Both the position numbers and the translations under genes were made by a program. The notes under the pieces were generated by a model that did not search any database, was not told the origin of the DNA, and saw only the letters and a program-made list of their open reading frames with translations. DNA of 64,000 nt from an uncultured Verrucomicrobiae bacterium (lineage in GTDB: Bacteria; Verrucomicrobiota; Verrucomicrobiia; Chthoniobacterales; Terrimicrobiaceae): NCBI GenBank assembly GCA_963706955.1, contig CAVPOC010000001.1:128001-192000 (forward strand), given 5' to 3'. Below, piece after piece: positions 59,560 through 64,000 of the stretch; within the stretch, counting starts at the first letter, position 1, and every line of letters starts with the position of its first letter.

Positions 59560-60650
59560 GACGTCTGGGGAAAGGTGCAGCCAACGCTCGTTCCTACTCC
59601 GCTATGGAACTTGAGGCGAAGCTGTCCGCGGATTGCTTTGGCGCGGTAGCGAAGGGTTTTGGAGGCGATGTGATTTGCGTCGGCAGTGAGCGGGCCTTCT
59701 TTTGCGCCATTATCGAAAATCTCAATCCGAAGGGAATCCCCTTTCGCCGAAAGGCGGATGGAAACTTTGGTTGCGTCCGTGTGATGAAGCGCATGGAGGA
59801 TCGTCTCCTGAATGATGCGATAGGCATGAAGGGCGGACTGGGCAGTCGGCCGGGGGACGTCTCCCAAGCAATGAAATTCACACGGGAGGGCATCTTTCAT
59901 CCGATCCGCGAGACCTTGAATTGCCGACGGCAGTTCCCCGGACTCGAGTTCGACCGGATGAAGGGTCCGTGAAATGTCGCGCACTTGTGCAACCGTTTCA
60001 TTGACCATGCGGGCTAGTTCATGAAGTTGCTCAGCGTGGCGCGATCCCTCACGGCCGAGGTCTCCTGCGAGGGCTTTTACCGCGAAGGCGGCGCCAAGAA
60101 TTTGCTGGCAAAGATGATCATGCATCTCCTTGCCGATCCGCCGTTGCTCGCGGTCGGCAGCATCCAGGAAAGCATGCTCGAGAAACCTCGATTCGGTTGC
60201 GTCGTTGAACGCCAGAAGGAGACGACGACTGTCCGGTCGAATCTGAAGAGCCCAGATCTCCACGGGCACGATCGTGCCATCTTTCGTCTGGCAAAGGACC
60301 TCGCATTGAGACACTCCGTCGTGAGAGACAGCCGCAAGACAATCTTCAAAGTCCTTGCCAGCCGCAAGAACGACGATGCTGCGCCCGATCATTTCTTCCT
60401 CTTGCCAGCCAAAGATCCGTTCGGCCGCGGCGCTCCAGCGACTCACTTGGCGTTTCCCATTCACTTCCACCAAGGCGATTCGGCCTGCATCGAGGAGAGC
60501 GCAGAGAGCCTGACTCTCTTGCAACCCCATCTTTTCAACGGATGTGACGGTATTGGCAGAAGTCATCTGCCAAGAATATATCGCGCCTGTCAAAAGTCTG
60601 CCCTGATTGGTTAAAGAACTTCTTCTCGCCGCGAGATTTCTCAGTGCCAT
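59556..60650 (-). CDS. PAS + HisKA_3-type histidine kinase with degenerate ATPase domain (start may be downstream)
   Basis: PAS WS.AAERIFGW..EEMIG; H-box EQRRIGKEMHDHLCQ; altered N and G boxes. Confidence 0.85.
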   Translation of the reverse strand: MALRNLAARRSSLTNQGRLLTGAIYSWQMTSANTVTSVEKMGLQESQALCALLDAGRIALVEVNGKRQVSRWSAAAERIFGWQEEEMIGRSIVVLAAGKDFEDCLAAVSHDGVSQCEVLCQTKDGTIVPVEIWALQIRPDSRRLLLAFNDATESRFLEHAFLDAADREQRRIGKEMHDHLCQQILGAAFAVKALAGDLGREGSRHAEQLHELARMVNETVAQVRDISRTLHPVELESGELPSAIQGLADRMKDALPCEFHCLGDVPRPTAQSALHAYRIIQETILHALHHTDATKVSIRLSAKGDSLRIEIFDNGAKEGPLTADANHIASKTLRYRAKAIRGQLRLKFHSGVGTSVGCTFPQTS

Positions 60651-60692
60651 CGCCTCGTTTCAGTGCCCGGGAGAGCAACCTTGGTAACTCGC

Positions 60693-60860
60693 TCAGGGTC
60701 GTGGGGGACGTCCCCGGAAGAGGAACGATACCAAAAACAGGATGATGAAGATACCAAAGAGAACTTGCGCAATCCATGCTGCCGAGCCCGCGATTCCTCC
60801 GAAGCCCAGAACTGCCGCGATGAGCGCTATGATCAAGAAGGTAATTGCCCAACTAAGCAT
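60693..60860 (-). CDS. DUF1328 (YtjA/UPF0391) small membrane protein, absent from the ORF track
   Basis: Translated by hand, 55 aa: [65 protein letters not shown]. Confidence 0.92.
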   Translation of the reverse strand: MLSWAITFLIIALIAAVLGFGGIAGSAAWIAQVLFGIFIILFLVSFLFRGRPPRP

Positions 60861-60969
60861 AGGTTCCTTTCTATTTGTCCGTGAATCGCACTGGCTCAGG
60901 GGACCGAGCGTGTCTTGGAGAAGACCATCATTTTCCTGAGGCTCTCCTCAGGGCAAGCCCCTAAAAAGC

Positions 60970-61353
60970 TTACGGATCCTGTCGCAGTTGAGCCGCGGCA
61001 GACGCCAGGAGCGCATCCAGATCCTCTGGGAGGAAAGGCTTCGTGAGATGATGCTTGTAGCCTGCGGCCAAGCTTTTCTCACGGTCAGAGTGCGTGCCGA
61101 AGCCGCTCATAGCGATGCCGAAGGGTTTCGACTCAAGCTGCCGGATCAATTGCCAGCCATCGCCGTCCGGCAAACCGATGTCGCTAATAAGAATGTCGAA
61201 TTTCGACGAGGAAAATGCCTTGATGGCTGAAGCCATATCGCGAGTGCCGCGAACCTCGTGTCCTTGAATCTCCAAATACTTGGCGAGATATTTCAGGGTG
61301 TCCTCATGGTTTTCGACCAGGAGAATTCTTAACGAGCGTGAGGGGTGGTTCAT
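60970..61353 (-). CDS. Single-domain response regulator receiver
   Basis: ILLVENH, ISDIGLPDGDG (phospho-Asp), AMSG, LTKPF. Confidence 0.92.
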   Translation of the reverse strand: MNHPSRSLRILLVENHEDTLKYLAKYLEIQGHEVRGTRDMASAIKAFSSSKFDILISDIGLPDGDGWQLIRQLESKPFGIAMSGFGTHSDREKSLAAGYKHHLTKPFLPEDLDALLASAAAQLRQDP

Positions 61354-61362
61354 CGGTTGCGC

Positions 61363-63819
61363 TTAGCGGACTGTGGCAAGTTCAAGGGCAAAAGTTGCAC
61401 CTTGATCCTTGCCCTTGCTCCGGGCGATGAGGCTGCCGTGGTGGGCGTCCACGGTGGCTTTCGAGAGGGCGAGCCCCAAGCCGAGCCCTCCGGTTTGTCG
61501 CACCGTATCGGACTCGCCTTGTTCAAAGGGATTGAAAATACGGGTCAAGAGTTCGGGACCAATGCCGACACCGGTATCCGAGACCTCGACCACGATCGGC
61601 CCATCCTTGTTGTATGACTGAATCCGAATCTCTCCTCCTTCCGCAGTAAACTTGACCGCATTCCTGATCAAATTCCAGAAGACTTGTTGCAGGCGGGCGA
61701 AGTCGCCTAGCACCAGGCTCTTCCTTGCGAACAACTGCAGACGGAGGCGAAGATTCTTCGCATCGATCTCCGGCTGACAGGTCTTCAGCGCTTGCTCAAG
61801 CGGGACATGGACATCGAGCTGCTCGAGCTCGAGTTCGACTTTGTTCCGCGCGATTCGCGTCAGATCGAGCAGGTCCTCGATGAGGCGCGCTTCGACCTTG
61901 ATGTTGCGCTGGATCATGTCGAGCGCATCGAGCACCTCGTCGGAAAGGCCTTTCTCGGAACTGATCGCCGACACAGCCATCAACACTGGCGTCAGCGGGG
62001 TCCGCAGCTCATGGCTAAGGACGGCCAGAAACTGATCCTTCGCGCGCCCCGCAGATTCGGCTTGTTCTCGGGCGAGCTCCGCTGCGGCCAGCGCGGACTG
62101 GAGCTGTTGCTGATGGGCACGCAACTGCTCCTCGAATCTTTTGCGTTCGGTGATGTCGCGGATTACACCGATCATGCGGACAGGGCGTCCAGTCTGTTCG
62201 TCGTAATAAGCGCGCCCATGAGCTGACAACCAGCGAATCTCGCCGTCAAGCCCTGAGGAGCGGAACTCTCCCTCAAAATCCACCCTTTGTTCCTTGGCGC
62301 GCTGGAGCGCATGGTGGACGGCCTCCCGATCACTGGCGTGGAAATAACTGATGAACAGTTCGTATGAGCCCTCGTGTAGATCCGGAGGAATCCCAAGCAT
62401 TCGGTTGTGTTCCGGGGACCAATTTACAGTCTTCCCGATAGTCCAATCCCAAAAGCCAAGACCTGCAGCTTCCATGGCCAGCCGGCAACGACCCTCACTC
62501 TCCCGCAGATCGAACTGTGCGCGTTTGAGGTCGTCGACGTCCGTGTTCGAGCCAACCCATATACTTACCGTCCCGTCCGCTCTGCGCATTGGCTGCGCAC
62601 GACTCAGATGCCAGCGGTAGGTGCCGTCGACACGGCGAAAGCGATGTTCGAATTCGAAGGGAGTTCCGGTTTTGAACGCCTGATTCCAGCGGTTCACCTT
62701 TTCATCGAGGTCATCGGGATGAACAAACTCCCGCCAACCGAGACGCAGCACCTCACGCAGCGGGAGGCCCGTGTAGATCGACCATTGCTGATTGAGATAG
62801 TCGATCTCGCCATCCGGAGTTGCGGTAAATATCTTCTCTGGCAAGGCGTCCGCGAGACGCTGAAAACGTGCAACACTCTCTGCGGCGAGGGCTTCGGCCT
62901 GCTTGCGGTCGGTGATGTCGATCGCCACGCCGCGCCAAACGCCACCCTCGCTTGTCTCGCCAGAGGGAATTACCCGTCCCGTTGCGACGATCCAATGCAC
63001 CGCGCTGTCCGGCCAAACACATCGAACTTCAAGCTTGAAGGTGTTCTGATGGTGCAAGCTTTTCTGCAGCGCATGTGCGATTCGCTCACGATCATCTGAA
63101 TGGATTGTGTCCAGAAACCGCTGAAGTGTCATTTTTGTTTCGTTTGCACCTCCGAACATCTGCCGGCAGCGCTCCGACCAGACGAATTCGTCATTGGAGA
63201 TATTCCACTCCCACGTGCCAATGGCGGCGCACTCGACGGCCAGTTGGAACTGTTCCTCCTTTTCTCGTGAGGCGATCCTGTTACGATGATGCGCGATTGC
63301 TATGCTTGCTAAGAGTGTGGCCATAGTAGCGAGCGGCTCCCAGCGAGGCATAGAATCGCGGAGACGATGGTAGATCGCGAAAGACCCGACTACACGTCCC
63401 TCGAGATCAATGATCGGTTTGGACTGGCAGCACCGCAAGCCATGCGCGAGGCAATCATCACGCCAACGGCTGCCGAGCCACCGTTGATCGCTCTCAATAT
63501 CTTCGACGATTGTCGTTTCACCCTTGCGTGCCGCTAAAACACATGGACTGCCCTCTGATTCCTGGATCTTCGCCCCAATTCCAGGTCTGATAGTTTCCGG
63601 CAAACTCGGTCCGGCGCTCTGAGTTATGATGCTGCGAGCCGAATCGATTACCAAGATCTCGCACGAAAGTTCATCGACCTCGCTCTCGGCAGCAAGTGCA
63701 ATCTTATCAAGTATTTGTTCCAAGGGAGTGTCGTCGACTATGCCTTGCAAGACGGCAGCGTGGTCTCGCCAGGCACGAAGATTCTGCTCCTTGTCGCTCC
63801 GCATCGACATCGCATACAA
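61363..63819 (-). CDS. GAF + three PAS domains + HisKA/HATPase sensor kinase
   Basis: GAF (S.PI....G.V.GSFAIY), three PAS_3-like repeats (HSDDRE, HPDDL, HASDRE), LSHELRTPL, NLIRNAVKFT, DTGVG, GGLGLGL. Confidence 0.95.
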   Translation of the reverse strand: MYAMSMRSDKEQNLRAWRDHAAVLQGIVDDTPLEQILDKIALAAESEVDELSCEILVIDSARSIITQSAGPSLPETIRPGIGAKIQESEGSPCVLAARKGETTIVEDIESDQRWLGSRWRDDCLAHGLRCCQSKPIIDLEGRVVGSFAIYHRLRDSMPRWEPLATMATLLASIAIAHHRNRIASREKEEQFQLAVECAAIGTWEWNISNDEFVWSERCRQMFGGANETKMTLQRFLDTIHSDDRERIAHALQKSLHHQNTFKLEVRCVWPDSAVHWIVATGRVIPSGETSEGGVWRGVAIDITDRKQAEALAAESVARFQRLADALPEKIFTATPDGEIDYLNQQWSIYTGLPLREVLRLGWREFVHPDDLDEKVNRWNQAFKTGTPFEFEHRFRRVDGTYRWHLSRAQPMRRADGTVSIWVGSNTDVDDLKRAQFDLRESEGRCRLAMEAAGLGFWDWTIGKTVNWSPEHNRMLGIPPDLHEGSYELFISYFHASDREAVHHALQRAKEQRVDFEGEFRSSGLDGEIRWLSAHGRAYYDEQTGRPVRMIGVIRDITERKRFEEQLRAHQQQLQSALAAAELAREQAESAGRAKDQFLAVLSHELRTPLTPVLMAVSAISSEKGLSDEVLDALDMIQRNIKVEARLIEDLLDLTRIARNKVELELEQLDVHVPLEQALKTCQPEIDAKNLRLRLQLFARKSLVLGDFARLQQVFWNLIRNAVKFTAEGGEIRIQSYNKDGPIVVEVSDTGVGIGPELLTRIFNPFEQGESDTVRQTGGLGLGLALSKATVDAHHGSLIARSKGKDQGATFALELATVR

Positions 63820-63979
63820 GATCGTCCCCCGGTGATCGGATCACGGGAGTGGGCTGCGTGTGTCCGCGCCGGATACCCTTATCGGGAACGCCCCGTTATC
63901 GACTGTCCGGCATGGATCGGGTGGGGAAAACATGGGCCGCCTTGAGGCTGGTGGTCGATACCGATAGAAAGGAAATCCA

Positions 63980-64000
63980 ATGGCAAAGAAAAAAGAAAAT
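63980..64000 (+). CDS. Start of a gene running out of the window (MAKKKEN...)
   Basis: ATG preceded by AGAAAGGAA RBS. Confidence 0.6.

Overview
GC-rich bacterial chromosomal window with about 60 genes. Gene content and style (H-X9-DG prepilin-type protein, Zn-ribbon bactofilin, Bat operon, acyltransferase/GT9 fusion remnant, eukaryote-type UGPase) suggest Verrucomicrobiota, probably Chthoniobacterales; this is inference, not a search result. Most genes are housekeeping: acpP, an rlmI-like methyltransferase, 2-oxoacid dehydrogenase E1a/E1b/E2, cysK, ilvN-ilvC, accBC, secG, panC, nadB, purK, a moxR/Bat operon, birA, hisS-aspS, NfeD-floA, and RsbU/RsbW. At least 12 single-base frameshifts, often in short homopolymers and including ilvC, point to long-read consensus errors rather than real pseudogenes. 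Best leads: (1) a signalling cluster at 58.9-64 kb with a GAF/multi-PAS kinase, an in-frame single receiver, a His-retaining but ATPase-degenerate pseudokinase and a NarL-type regulator, which may be an undescribed phosphorelay controlling small stress genes; (2) a triuret-hydrolase-like enzyme plus permease behind a sigma54-type promoter; (3) an aryl-polyene-type lipid tailoring/export module with no synthase core; (4) a UbiA-type prenyl-phosphate phosphoribosyltransferase paired with a GT-C-like membrane protein; (5) a GTAG-type REP family and a TTAA-flanked MITE-like hairpin. I recognised no rRNA, tRNA, CRISPR array, integrase or transposase.
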